A stretch of 55,184 nt of DNA from Phycisphaeraceae bacterium (GTDB lineage Bacteria; Planctomycetota; Phycisphaerae; Phycisphaerales; Zrk34), in NCBI GenBank assembly GCA_040905565.1, contig JBBDRF010000015.1:1-55184 (forward strand). The letters are read 5' to 3'. Below, piece after piece: positions 10,401 through 20,500 of the stretch. Numbering within the stretch: position 1 is the first letter of the stretch; each line of letters begins with the position of its first letter. The notes under the pieces are model-generated. The model did no database searches. It had not been told where the DNA came from and saw nothing but the letters and a program-made list of their open reading frames with translations. The translations under genes and the position numbers were made by a program.

Positions 10401-10747
10401 TCCGCCACTACCTGCTCAGACATGCGGTTGCGTGGCGGCATCTGAAGTGTCGAATCGTGATAACTGATCGCGCGGATCAGCAGGCTCGCTTCCGCGTTGC
10501 CCGGCACGATCGCAGGCCCGCTTTCGCCGCCCTGAAGCATCGCCGCCGCCGAATCAAGCCGAAGGCCGTTCCTCGCCCGGCTCGAGCCGTGACATTCAAG
10601 ACAACGCTCCGCCAGCACCGGCCGGATGCGGCGCTCGAAATGTTCCAGCGCCGCCGCCTCGTCCGCGAACCCCACCTCCGCCGCGACCAGCAGAATCCCT
10701 GCCATGGCGATCAGCGATCTGATTCCATCCGACCAGTTCGTCACCAA
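7451..10747 (-). CDS. PSD1 (DUF1553)/DUF1549/planctomycete cytochrome c domain protein, copy 1
   Basis: CLECH and CARCH heme motifs, YGERWGRHWLDVVRYADS, ARVMVNRIWLHHFGQGLV, THPQLLD. Confidence 0.93.
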   Translation of the reverse strand: MVTNWSDGIRSLIAMAGILLVAAEVGFADEAAALEHFERRIRPVLAERCLECHGSSRARNGLRLDSAAAMLQGGESGPAIVPGNAEASLLIRAISYHDSTLQMPPRNRMSEQVVADFVRWINSGAVDPREEAVATEEDPRWAGSSFDVAEAREHWSFSPPRAVEPPAVEHDDWGRDPIDAFILAKLEARDLVPAEEADRRTLIRRAYFDLIGLPPTPAQVAAFVADDSDGAFSRVVDELLASPQYGERWGRHWLDVVRYADSKDARGTGTRGDIANAWRYRDWVVNAFNEDYPYNQFIVDQVAGDLVEGEHDADRVIATAMLALGAWDEGDSDKRKMMSDIVDDQVDVVSRAVMGLTVSCARCHDHVFDPIGIEDYYAMAGFFFSSHVVPEPGNPAAGTPMVNIPLLSPEELQRREQAGEVLARLRAEIEAAENRHRREQVAKRLGEVLTHLAAVQDQGGTPNIEDALLERLVRFAKGDRRSQPHEDGLLTQRLEPDQEGLAGWGASATPWLMANQLEVPQSSATWTMPARSVAVHPAPDRAVAIGWRSDENTELIVQATIHDGDPNGGNGVAWSLELTRNGARQQVAAGISERGGEAEAKAAINVQPGDVVSLVIDPRDGDHSFDTTIVNMLLESPGNEEHWALAEVLDDVDVSNPHFADGESPRWYFYTIGGESIPAVVPAGSVLAAYIDAVHQDGAAENGADLRDQLRDLLNEPAPDETTPDAKLIATVTAPDGPVWLGLNVTQLLDDEAREELEHLRSERAQTQRLAERPVPVIEGTREGGVPGSEHAGFADARVHYRGRYDRLGDPVPRGFPRVLADDEDQPEIAEDTSGRLALAQWLVREDHPLTARVMVNRIWLHHFGQGLVRTPDDFGTHGAKPTHPQLLDNLARSFVESGWSIKAMHRRIMLSSTYRQSTRAESSTRAADPENELVGRMPRRRLEAEPLRDAMLAVTGELDLTRGGPAITDLLTPRRTLYLMSVRSDRSGYDLLFDAADPRAIISQRQESTVAPQAMFMMNHPFVLDRAAALAARVSEEVPDDLEARMERLYRLLYAREPMEAEVRIARDLIEQADGDQEAWQLYVHVLLCGNEFIYID

Positions 10748-11002
10748 AACGGAGTCCCCTTCTATTCGCGTTAATCTATATCAAATTATAGAAAGCCGAC
10801 TCAGCTACCGCCAAGACCCATCGGTCTACCCGCGCAACATCAGAGTAAGTGCATTTGGCTGGTTGTGCTGTCACGCGACCGCGGAAACCGTTCCGCCGGA
10901 GTACGATTGCCAATTGATAGCGTGCGCGAAGCGCTTTATGCTTCGTTGGACCTGAGGGCACCAACGGAAATCATTATTTACTCAGCACTGGAGGTTCAGC
11001 CG

Positions 11003-13231
11003 ATGCCGACGATGTTACGAGCAATGGCCGTATGGGGGCTGGCTGGCGGGATCTTCATGGTGACGATGCTCATCACGGCGACGGCTTGGGCGGAGCGGCC
11101 GCGTGCCCTCCCTGAGGGGCAGCAGCCTGAAGACGTTCGGCTGGGTGATCTGCGAACGCTGAATGATCAGTTCCCGTTCCGACAGGTGGCATCAGCTCAA
11201 GCATGGGAGGCAAGAGCGGCTGATCTGCGTAAGCGGGTGCTGGTGGCCAACGGCCTTTGGCCGATGCTTCCTCGGACGCCGCTGGAAGCTGTGGTGCATG
11301 GCAAGGTAGAGCGAGATGATTACACGGTGGAGCGGGTGTATTTTCAATCGATGCCTGGACACTTCGTGACCGGTTCGCTGTATCGGCCGAGGGGCGAGGC
11401 GGAGATGCGCCGGCCGGCTGTGCTGAGTCCGCACGGGCATTGGCCGGGCGGTCGGTTTCACGATCATGGTGAGCAGCATGTAAGGCAGCAGATTGCCGCT
11501 GGGGGCGAACGCTTTGAGGAGAGCGGGCGGTACCCGCTGCAAGCGCGGGCGGTGCAGTTGGCGCGCATGGGGACCGTCGTGTTCCTCTACGACATGATCG
11601 GCTACGCCGACAGCGTGCAGTTCCAGGAGCATCGGCCGGGCTTTCGGGAGGCGATGAACACGCCCGAGGGGTTTGGGCTTTTCAGTCCGCAGGCGGAGTT
11701 GCGACAGATTAATCTGATGGGCTTGCAGACGTGGAATTCGGTCCGGGCGTTGGACTTCCTGCTTAGCCTGGAGGACGTGGACGCGAACCGCATCGGCGTG
11801 ACCGGCGCCAGCGGCGGTGCGACGCAGACGTTCGTCTTGTGCGCGATTGATGAAAGGCCTGCGGTTTCGGTCCCGGCGGTGATGGTTTCCACGGCGATGC
11901 AGGGCGGCTGTCCTTGCGAAAACGCAGCCCACCTCCGGGTCGATGGCGGCAACATCGACTTAGCGGCGCTCACCGCACCGCGGCCACAGGCGCTGATTCA
12001 CGCGGACGACTGGACCGTGGAAATGGATGAGAAGGGCATGCCCGACCTTCGCCAGTTGTACGCCATGCTGGGACATGAAGAGAAGGTCGATGGGCAGGGG
12101 TTTTACCACTTCGGACACAACTTCAATGCCGTTTCGCGGATGTACATGTACAACTGGATGAATCGGCATCTCGGCCTGGGGCAGCAGGAACCGGTGATTG
12201 AGCGAGATTTCCAACCGTTGAGCCAAGACGAGGCGACGGTGTGGACGGCGGAGCATCCCGCTCCTTCGGGCGACCAGGTGGGCGAAGCTCACGAGCGGCA
12301 ACTGGTGCAGTGGTGGGATGAGCAGCAGGCTGAAAGAATCGAGGCGATGAAGCCCACGGACGAAGCTTCGCTGGAGGAATACCGAGACGTGATCGGCGGG
12401 GCGATCGACACCATTATCGCACGCACCCTCAGTGATGTCGGGCAAGTCACGTTCGATCTGGTGGAGAAGATTGAGCACGAGCGGCACCTGATAATGACTG
12501 GTCTGGTGACGCATGTGGAGGCTAACGAGCAGTTGCCGACTCTCTTCGTCTTTCCACGGGAGACGTGGAACGCCGAGGTGGTCATCTACCTGCACGAGCA
12601 GGGCAAGGATGGGCTGCTTCAGGCAGACGGCACGCTGACGCCCACGGTCAAGCAACTGGTGGAGGCGGGGTTTGCCGTGGCGGGCGTGGACCTGCTGATG
12701 CAAGGCGAATTCACGGAAGACGGCGAGCCGATCACCCGGGTCCGCACGGCTGTTTACGGCGACGGGAGTCAGCCGTGGCAGCAGTACGCGGGGTACAAGT
12801 TCGGCTACAACCTGTCGCTCTTTTCCAAGCGCGTTCATGATGTGCTGACGATCGTCCAGATGGCGCACACCACGGATTACGAGACGGAGCGGGTTCACCT
12901 GCTGGCGATGGGCGAGACGGTAGGCCCTGTTGCTGCCGCGGCTGGAGCGATGGCGGACGATCGCCTGCACAGTTTGGCGGTGGACAACGCAGGGTTCCGG
13001 TTTGTGCATGCCGATCGGTTTGAGCACCCGATGTTCGTGCCGGGCATGGTGCGTTACGGCGATGTCGATGCATTGCTGGCGCTGAATGCGCCGCGGCCGA
13101 TGTGGGTAAGCGGGCAGCTGCCCAATGTCGCCAAGGCCGCGTACGAAGCGGCAAAAGGCGCGGAAAATTTGACAGAAGGTGACGCGCTGGACACCGCGAT
13201 CCGTTGGCTTATAGACGGCGTGCAGCGATGA
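11003..13231 (+). CDS. Secreted alpha/beta-hydrolase, acetylxylan-esterase-like
   Basis: VLSPHGHW, YDMIGY, nucleophile motif GASGG, GGCPCENA, HNFN. ATG 11003 follows GGAGG. Confidence 0.8.
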   Translation: MPTMLRAMAVWGLAGGIFMVTMLITATAWAERPRALPEGQQPEDVRLGDLRTLNDQFPFRQVASAQAWEARAADLRKRVLVANGLWPMLPRTPLEAVVHGKVERDDYTVERVYFQSMPGHFVTGSLYRPRGEAEMRRPAVLSPHGHWPGGRFHDHGEQHVRQQIAAGGERFEESGRYPLQARAVQLARMGTVVFLYDMIGYADSVQFQEHRPGFREAMNTPEGFGLFSPQAELRQINLMGLQTWNSVRALDFLLSLEDVDANRIGVTGASGGATQTFVLCAIDERPAVSVPAVMVSTAMQGGCPCENAAHLRVDGGNIDLAALTAPRPQALIHADDWTVEMDEKGMPDLRQLYAMLGHEEKVDGQGFYHFGHNFNAVSRMYMYNWMNRHLGLGQQEPVIERDFQPLSQDEATVWTAEHPAPSGDQVGEAHERQLVQWWDEQQAERIEAMKPTDEASLEEYRDVIGGAIDTIIARTLSDVGQVTFDLVEKIEHERHLIMTGLVTHVEANEQLPTLFVFPRETWNAEVVIYLHEQGKDGLLQADGTLTPTVKQLVEAGFAVAGVDLLMQGEFTEDGEPITRVRTAVYGDGSQPWQQYAGYKFGYNLSLFSKRVHDVLTIVQMAHTTDYETERVHLLAMGETVGPVAAAAGAMADDRLHSLAVDNAGFRFVHADRFEHPMFVPGMVRYGDVDALLALNAPRPMWVSGQLPNVAKAAYEAAKGAENLTEGDALDTAIRWLIDGVQR

Positions 13232-13353
13232 TACGCACGCTGCGAAGGAAAACGCGCTTCAAGCACCGCGGTGACGATTAGCTGGTAATCTTCTCGGATT
13301 TCCGGCGATGCACACGAGGTGCTCTCTGCTGGCGCGAGGAGAACGGGTGTTGG

Positions 13354-14688
13354 TTACTTTGCCCATTCGGGGCGGGCTTCGGTGAGTCGCTTGACGATGT
13401 CGGGGTGCTCGTCAGCCAGGTTTTTACGCTCGCCCGGATCGTCCTCGAGGTTTGCGAGGAACCAGTCTCGATCGGCTTGTGGGATTGCGTCCCCGGGGAC
13501 GGGGTTACGCAGGTTCCGCATGAGTTTCCAAGGCCCTTTTCGCACCGCCCATTGATTGCCGAATCGCCAGTACAGGCTTTCGTGGATTTCCGGGGCGTCT
13601 GCTGAGGCGAGTATTTCGGTCATGGACCGGCCGTCGACGTTCTCGTCGATCATCGTGATATCGCAGAGGTCCGCGAGGGTCGGGAGCCAATCGGTGGCGT
13701 GGACCATCTGGTCGCGCACCTGGGCTTCGGCGAGCCCGTTGGGATAGCTGATGATGGCGGGGACGCGGAGGCCGCCTTCGAGCAGGCTCTGCTTGGCGCC
13801 GCGGTAGGGGCCTGCGTTGCCGCCGCCGAAGTGGGCTCGCTCCTCCACGCTGTGACCGTGGTCGGCCTGGAAAATGATGATGGTGTCCTCGCGAAGGCCC
13901 TTGTCTTCAAGAATGGCGACGAGTCGGCCGATGCGATCGTCCTGAGAACTGACGAACGCTGCGTAGAGGTTGCGTGGGTAGGGGACGCCGGCTTCGCGGT
14001 AATGTTCGAGCCAGTGGGCCTCGCCCTGGTAAGGGTAGTGCGGCGTGTTCATCGCCACGTACATGAAGAACGGCCGATCCTCCTGAGCGTTGATGAATGC
14101 TTCGGCTTCATCGACGACCAGGTCGGGGAAGTACTCGCCGGCGTGGATGACGCGCTCGCCGTTGCGCCAGAGGTCGTGCCGGTTCGGACCGTTCCAGTAG
14201 AAGAAGTGTGAGTAGTTGTCGATACACCCGCCGAGGTGCCCGAACGCGTGGTCGAACCCATTGGCGTGGGGGCTGTCTTCCTCGTTGTGCCCGAGGTGCC
14301 ACTTGCCGATGAGGGCCGTGGCATAGCCGCTCTCCTTGAACATATGCGCCAGGGTAGGGGCACCGGAGAGGCCTTTGCCAGCGGGGCTGACATTCCCCGG
14401 CACGCCGACGGTGGGGGGGTAACGCCCGGTGAGCAGGCCTGCCCGGGACGCTGAGCAGATGGGTGCCGGGGCGTACATCTGCGTGAACCTGATGCCGCGC
14501 TCGGCCAGTTCATCGGTGTTAGGGGTCACCAGATCGTCGGCGCCGTACGCACCGAGATCGACGGAGCCTTGGTCGTCGGTGTAGATCAACAGAACATTGG
14601 GCTGGCGGCGATCGTCCGCGTCTAGGGATACGCCCATCACGTGGCCCGCGACGATCGCCGCCAGAATCAGTGTCAAGGTTCGCTGCAT
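13354..14688 (-). CDS. Sulfatase (formylglycine-dependent S1 family)
   Basis: PNVLLIYTDDQG, CSASRAGLLTGRY, IGKWHLG, PHYP, ADHG, GAKQSLLEGGLRVP. Confidence 0.93.
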   Translation of the reverse strand: MQRTLTLILAAIVAGHVMGVSLDADDRRQPNVLLIYTDDQGSVDLGAYGADDLVTPNTDELAERGIRFTQMYAPAPICSASRAGLLTGRYPPTVGVPGNVSPAGKGLSGAPTLAHMFKESGYATALIGKWHLGHNEEDSPHANGFDHAFGHLGGCIDNYSHFFYWNGPNRHDLWRNGERVIHAGEYFPDLVVDEAEAFINAQEDRPFFMYVAMNTPHYPYQGEAHWLEHYREAGVPYPRNLYAAFVSSQDDRIGRLVAILEDKGLREDTIIIFQADHGHSVEERAHFGGGNAGPYRGAKQSLLEGGLRVPAIISYPNGLAEAQVRDQMVHATDWLPTLADLCDITMIDENVDGRSMTEILASADAPEIHESLYWRFGNQWAVRKGPWKLMRNLRNPVPGDAIPQADRDWFLANLEDDPGERKNLADEHPDIVKRLTEARPEWAK

Positions 14689-14974
14689 TGTGTGATCCTT
14701 TCAAAGCTGTCTGATTGGACGGGCGAGCCGGTGACGAACAGTGTTGATCGTCTGCTCAAAGGATGGTAACAGGATCAGCGGATGGTTTTTTGCATCGTGT
14801 GGGGCTGCGGCGTTGCTGTCTTCTCGGGATGGACAGAAGTGACGCTCACAATGATTCTGGACTAACGGGTCAAATAGAGGATAATCGTCAGGTGGGGTTG
14901 GTGGCAGTGGCGGGGTTAGCTTGGCCATCTTCCGAATCTGTTTAGCGTTCGAGTTCACCGAGAGGAAGTTGCTG

Positions 14975-16276
14975 ATGACACGTGCCGCACTTGCCCTTGC
15001 CCTCGTTTTTGTTTTGAGCGTTCCCGCGTTCGCTGAGCGTTCGCCGAATGTGGTTTTGATTCTTGGCGACGATCAGCACTGGGGCGACTACGGTTTCATG
15101 GGTCACGACGTGATCCAGACGCCGAACATTGATCGTCTGTCTCAGGAGAGCCGTACGTACACGCGGGGGTACGTTCCTGTGAGCCTGTGTCGGCCGAGTC
15201 TGGCCTCGATGCTGACGGGATTGCAGCCGCACCAGCATCGCATTACCGGCAATGATCCGGTGAACAAGACGCGCGAGCGTCATGAAAAAGTGATAGCACT
15301 GCTTGATGAGGTGCCGACGCTGCCGACGATGTTGGCTGAGCGTGGCTACCTTTCGCATCAATCAGGTAAGTGGTGGGAGGGCAATTACGCCCGTGGCGGG
15401 TTCACCCATGGCATGACGCATGGGGACCCGGAGCGTCGTGGTCGGCACGGTGATGTTGGTTTGAAGATCGGCCGGGAGGGAATGGGGCCGGTCGTCGATT
15501 TCATCGACCATGCCCAGGCGGAGGAGAAGCCGTTTTTCCTCTGGTATGCCCCATTTCTGCCTCACACGCCGCACAACCCGCCCGAGCGCCTGCTTCGCAA
15601 GTATCGGTCGGAAGGGCGTCCGCTGGCGGTGGCGCGCTACTACGCCATGATTGAATGGTTTGATGAAACGGTCGGGGAGTTGCTCGCTCATATCGACGAT
15701 CAGGGTTTGGCCGAGGACACGGTGGTGCTGTTCGTCTGTGACAACGGTTGGATTCAAAGGCACGCGCAGTTGCCGTTGCCGCAGGCATGGAGCCAGCCGT
15801 ACGGTCCGCGTTCGAAGCGATCGCCTTACGACGGAGGGCTCCGCACGCCAATGCTGGTGCGCTGGCCGGGCATGGTGGAGCCTGGGGTTGACGACGACAC
15901 CCTCGTCAGCACGATTGATCTTGCGCCCACGATCCTCGACATCGCCGGGCTCGAGCCGACGGAGCAGATGACGGGCGTGAACCTTCTGGACGAGGAGGCC
16001 GTTAACAGCCGCGAGGCGATCTTCGGCGCTATCTTCGAGCACGACATTCCAGACCCGCTGGGGAAAGCGGCGGCCGGGCTTCGTCATCGCTGGGTGATTA
16101 AGGGTGACTACAAGCTGATTTACCCCAGGTACGCCGACGAAAGCCGGCAAGACATGGAGATCGAGTTGTACAACCTCCACGACGATCCCAATGAACGTCA
16201 TAATCTTATTGACGAACAGCCTGACCGCGCGATGGACCTCATGAGGCTCGTCGATGGATGGTGGGACGGCAAGTGA
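14975..16276 (+). CDS. Sulfatase-like protein
   Basis: PNVVLILGDD, LCRPSLASMLTG, GKWWEG, PHTP, DNG, KRSPYDGGLRTP. Confidence 0.9.
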   Translation: MTRAALALALVFVLSVPAFAERSPNVVLILGDDQHWGDYGFMGHDVIQTPNIDRLSQESRTYTRGYVPVSLCRPSLASMLTGLQPHQHRITGNDPVNKTRERHEKVIALLDEVPTLPTMLAERGYLSHQSGKWWEGNYARGGFTHGMTHGDPERRGRHGDVGLKIGREGMGPVVDFIDHAQAEEKPFFLWYAPFLPHTPHNPPERLLRKYRSEGRPLAVARYYAMIEWFDETVGELLAHIDDQGLAEDTVVLFVCDNGWIQRHAQLPLPQAWSQPYGPRSKRSPYDGGLRTPMLVRWPGMVEPGVDDDTLVSTIDLAPTILDIAGLEPTEQMTGVNLLDEEAVNSREAIFGAIFEHDIPDPLGKAAAGLRHRWVIKGDYKLIYPRYADESRQDMEIELYNLHDDPNERHNLIDEQPDRAMDLMRLVDGWWDGK

Positions 16277-16338
16277 TCTCGAGCACCAAGGCCCACCGGT
16301 CTACGGATCGCAATATGCTGAGCGAATAGGTAACACCC

Positions 16339-17466
16339 ATGGCTGTAATGCTGAAATTTGCCGCCGTTGCGTTCGCGTGCGTCATCGCAGTGACGGCTTG
16401 GACCTCGCTTGAAAATGCGGAAGCTGAGCAGGCGATCGAGTCGTGCTGCGAACTGCCCGCCTCGCGAGGGGTGATGATGGCCCAGACGGCGAACACCGCC
16501 ACGCAAGCGGAAGACGACGTCGATCCCGCCAGCGGCCCCAAAGGCCCAGCACCCGAGGGCATGGTCTGGGTGCCGGGCGGCGAATTCGTGATGGGATCTG
16601 ATGAGACCTATCCCGAAGAGCGGCCGGCGCATCGCGTGTCCGTCGATGGTTTCTGGATGGACAAACATCCGGTGACATTCGAGGCGTTCGCGGCATTCGT
16701 CGAGGCGACCGATTACAAGACCGTCGCTGAGCGTGAGCTTGATCCCGCTGACTTCCCAGGCGTGCCGGAAGACCTGCTTGTGCCGGGATCGATCGTCTTT
16801 GTCATGCCCGAACAGGCGGACACACGCGGCAACATCGCACAGTGGTGGCAGTACGTGCCCGGGGCGAGTTGGCGCCACCCCGAAGGGCCGGGCACAACTT
16901 ACGAGGATCGCCTCGATCATCCCGTCGTGCATGTCGCCTACGAAGATGCCAAAGCCTACGCCGACTGGGCTGGCAAACAGGTGCCCACCGAAGCGCAATG
17001 GGAACGCGCGGCTCGCGGCGGACTAGAAGAAAAGATGTACAGCTGGGGCAACGAATTCATGCCAGGCGGGAAGCGGATGGCCAACACCTGGCAGGGAAAA
17101 TTTCCCATCGAGAACACCGCCGACGACGGCTTCGTCGGCACCTCCCCGGTCGGCAGCTTCCCCGCCAATGGCTACGGCCTCTACGACATGGCTGGCAACG
17201 TCTGGGAGTGGACCAGCGACTGGTACAACGTCACCTACTATCGCGAAGCCGAGGGCGAGCATAACCCCACAGGCCCGCCAGAAGCCGACAGCGCCGATCC
17301 GAAGGAACCCGGCCTGGCCAAGCGCGTCGCACGCGGCGGCTCATTCCTCTGTGCACCCAGCTACTGCCTACGCTACCGCCCCAGCGCCCGCTCCCCCAGC
17401 ACACCCGACACCAGCACCTCCCACACCGGCTTTCGCCTGGTAAGGCTGCCGGGATCGAATCCTTGA
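16339..17466 (+). CDS. Formylglycine-generating enzyme (SUMF1/FGE)
   Basis: HPVVHVAYEDA, PTEAQWERAARGG, NGYGLYDMAGNVWEW, catalytic RGGSFLCAPSYCLRYRPSAR, HTGFR. Confidence 0.93.
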   Translation: MAVMLKFAAVAFACVIAVTAWTSLENAEAEQAIESCCELPASRGVMMAQTANTATQAEDDVDPASGPKGPAPEGMVWVPGGEFVMGSDETYPEERPAHRVSVDGFWMDKHPVTFEAFAAFVEATDYKTVAERELDPADFPGVPEDLLVPGSIVFVMPEQADTRGNIAQWWQYVPGASWRHPEGPGTTYEDRLDHPVVHVAYEDAKAYADWAGKQVPTEAQWERAARGGLEEKMYSWGNEFMPGGKRMANTWQGKFPIENTADDGFVGTSPVGSFPANGYGLYDMAGNVWEWTSDWYNVTYYREAEGEHNPTGPPEADSADPKEPGLAKRVARGGSFLCAPSYCLRYRPSARSPSTPDTSTSHTGFRLVRLPGSNP

Positions 17467-17512
17467 ACACAGCTGTGCATCCTTCACGGTCGTGAAGAGT
17501 GGGGGGCGCTGT

Positions 17513-20500
17513 TCAGCGTTCGAGGGAGGTTGATGAGTCGACGACGTTCGCGACCAGCCAGGAGACGCGTTCTTCACCACGGAAGCTGACGCTGACGACG
17601 GGTGTTTCGTCGTCGCTGCTGAAGACGCTGATGCGGAGTGCGTCGAAGGCGATGGGTGGGATACCCGCACCGCCCCAGACGTAGCGCTGGCTGTTGATCC
17701 AACCACCGACGCCCTGATCGTGCGTCACCCAGACGCCGTCAACGCGGATTTCGATTTTCCAGGCGGTCTGTTCCTGCGGTTGGTTGGGGTACGTGCCGGT
17801 AAAGACCATGAGGTTCGCTTGAACGGTCTGGTCCCATTCGGCTTGCCAGTAAAGCGCCTCATCTTCCTCGATGACGCCAAGATCCTCGCCGAATCCAACG
17901 CCGAATTCATGCCACTCTGTCTCGCGCATGAAACGGCCGGCGGTGGGGTCCCAGATCATGTCGCCGATCTCGCCGCGTCGTGCCTCGCCACGGTCGGGAA
18001 TGTTGCTGGCGTAGTCGGCATGAACGAGGAGATTGGCGACGGAGTCGGGGATCTGGATGCGATCGGGATCAAGGCCTGAAACGATCGGCGTACCGGGGGC
18101 CAAGATGGCATCGGGGTGGTCGGGCGGCTGCGTGAGCGAGAGGAAGGCGAGGAGGTCGACGATCTGCTGATCCGTCATGGCGTTTTCGAGGCCTTCCGGC
18201 ATGAACGATACGGGAGAGGTGGCAATGTCGTGCACCTTGTCTCGCGCGATGACTTCTTCCTGGCCTCCGATCATCTGGATCACGATGCGCTGATCGTTTT
18301 CTTCGGTGATCATGCCAGCAACGACTCGGCCGGACTCGGTGGTGACAATGTTGAGACGGTAGCCGGTGTTGATCACGAGGTTCGGATCGAAGACGTTGGA
18401 GACGATCTGTTCGAATGAGCTTCGGCCGTTGACGGTAAGGTCGGGGCCGAGGGGGGTGCCTTCTTCATAGATCGTGTGACAGGCGGCACAACTCTGGCCG
18501 AAGACGGCGCGACCGCGCTTGGGATCGCCGGGCAGCCGTTGTGCAAGTTGCGTGACTTCGGCGACGACGCGTTCGCGGTCGGGGTTGCGCTGCTCTCGGA
18601 CCTGCCCGTAAACTTCTTCGACGCGTTTGCGGAGTTGGTCGTCGCCGGTGGCGATCAGGCTTCGGATCTGGTTGAGATTGAGCTGCTGCTGGGGCACTGT
18701 TCCTTCGGCGACGGCGTCGAGGAGGGCGAGGCTCCAGGCTGTACGCTGAGTGAGCGTTTCGATAGCCAGCACGCGTGAGGCGGAATCGTAGGTGTCCCAG
18801 CCTGCGACGATGGCGACGCCGACGTCTGGGGAATCGACGCGGCTGAGTATGCGGATGACACCGAGTTTGAGCGGGTGCGGCACGTTGTCGCGGGCGGACA
18901 GGAGAGACTCGGCGAGCTCGCGCGTGTCTTCGGCGCCGCCGGTGACCAGTGCCTCGAGCGCCGCGACGCGGTGTTCTGCGGAGGCGCTGCCGTCGCGTGC
19001 CAAGGTGTGCATCGCGCTCATGGCGGAGGCGTGCCGCCAAGTGGCGGCGGTGACGGCGGCATTGAAGTAGAGGGGATGGTCCGGTTCACCGGTCAGGATG
19101 GGTTCGAGGACGGGCTCGACGTGCTGGCGGACACGTGCGAGACGGTCGTCACGGACCTCGCCGGTACGGACGCGCTGGGCGAGGGCGGCGAGCGTGTCGC
19201 GGGCTTCGCTGTTGAGGCCCTGCTCAATGCAGATACGCACAAGGGAGGCAAGAACCTCGGACTCGATATCCTCGACGGCGAGTAGGCGTTCGGCGACGCG
19301 GGGCATCACGGCGCGGAGGCCGGGGGATTCGCGCAGGTCGAATTCTTCGATCGATTCAAGGAAGCGGGGGGCGCCGTCGGCGAGAAGCGGGTGGAGGTTC
19401 GCCCAGACGATCTGCGGGATGAGCGGATCGTCGCCGGCGTGGCCGAGGACTTGAGCAAGCGACTCCACGGCATCACGGCCCTGGAGCTTGGTTGCCGCGA
19501 TGGCGAGTTGGAGCTTCACATCGGGCGAGCCGTCGTTGGTCATGGTGAGGACACGCTCGTGGATGGCGGGATCCAAGTCGTCCGCGAAGTTGCCGGCGGC
19601 ACGAACCCCCCAAGTGCGGACAGAATCAACGTCGTGCTCGAGCATGGCCAGGTGGAAATCCCGATCAAGCTCGAAGCTGGAGACAAGCGAGAAGATCGCG
19701 TGCATCCGGGTTTTGTGATCGGTGTCGTCTTCGAGCGCGAGGTGTTGCAGTTTGTCACGGGTTCCCGCGTCTGCTTCGCTGCTGATCAACCGCTCGGCGA
19801 GAAGGCGTTGAGCGGTTTCACGGTGGTAAACATTGCGCGAGGCGAGGTGGGTAATGAGCTGATCATCGGACAACTCGCCCATGTCAGGAAACGGCCCGTC
19901 GGGTGATGGCGAGTCGCTGTGCCGGAGTCGCCAGATGCGGCCGTGGGTGCGATTGACGCCCTCAGGATCTCGGCGGGCGTCCTGATAACAGTGATAGCGG
20001 TCGTACCAGTCGAGCACGTAAAGAAGGCCATCCGGCCCGACGGACTGTGACACGGGCATGAACCACGGGTCGTTGGCCTGCAGGAAATCTTCGCGGGGTG
20101 TCGCCTGGTAGGTCGAGCCACGGCGTTGCAGAACATCGTGATTAATAGCGCCACCGTGGATGTTTCCCATGAACAGCGCATCGCGGTACGGCTCGGGGTA
20201 AGCATCCGAATCGAGATAGACAAGCCCTGCGTAGGCAGCCATCTGGTGGCGGTGGTCGACAATGGACTCGATGCGCCATGTGAACGGAGGGTAGGTGCCG
20301 GCCTGCCGCACGTAGTAGCCGGATTCGGTGATGTGCCAGAGGTGGTCAATGACGCAGGCGCTGATGAACATGTTGCCTTCGGCGTCGAAGGCGAGGCCCC
20401 AGGGGTTGCTGGTGCCCTCGGCGAAAAGCTGGAATTCGTGGGTGACCGGGTGAATGCGGAAGATCGCGGCACTGAAGTCGAAGGTCTCGTCGCCTTGATG

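Noticed and set aside
16339..17466. FGE-fold protein as a DGR target
   Set aside because: It retains the catalytic CxxxxC motif, sits among sulfatases, and no template repeat was seen.
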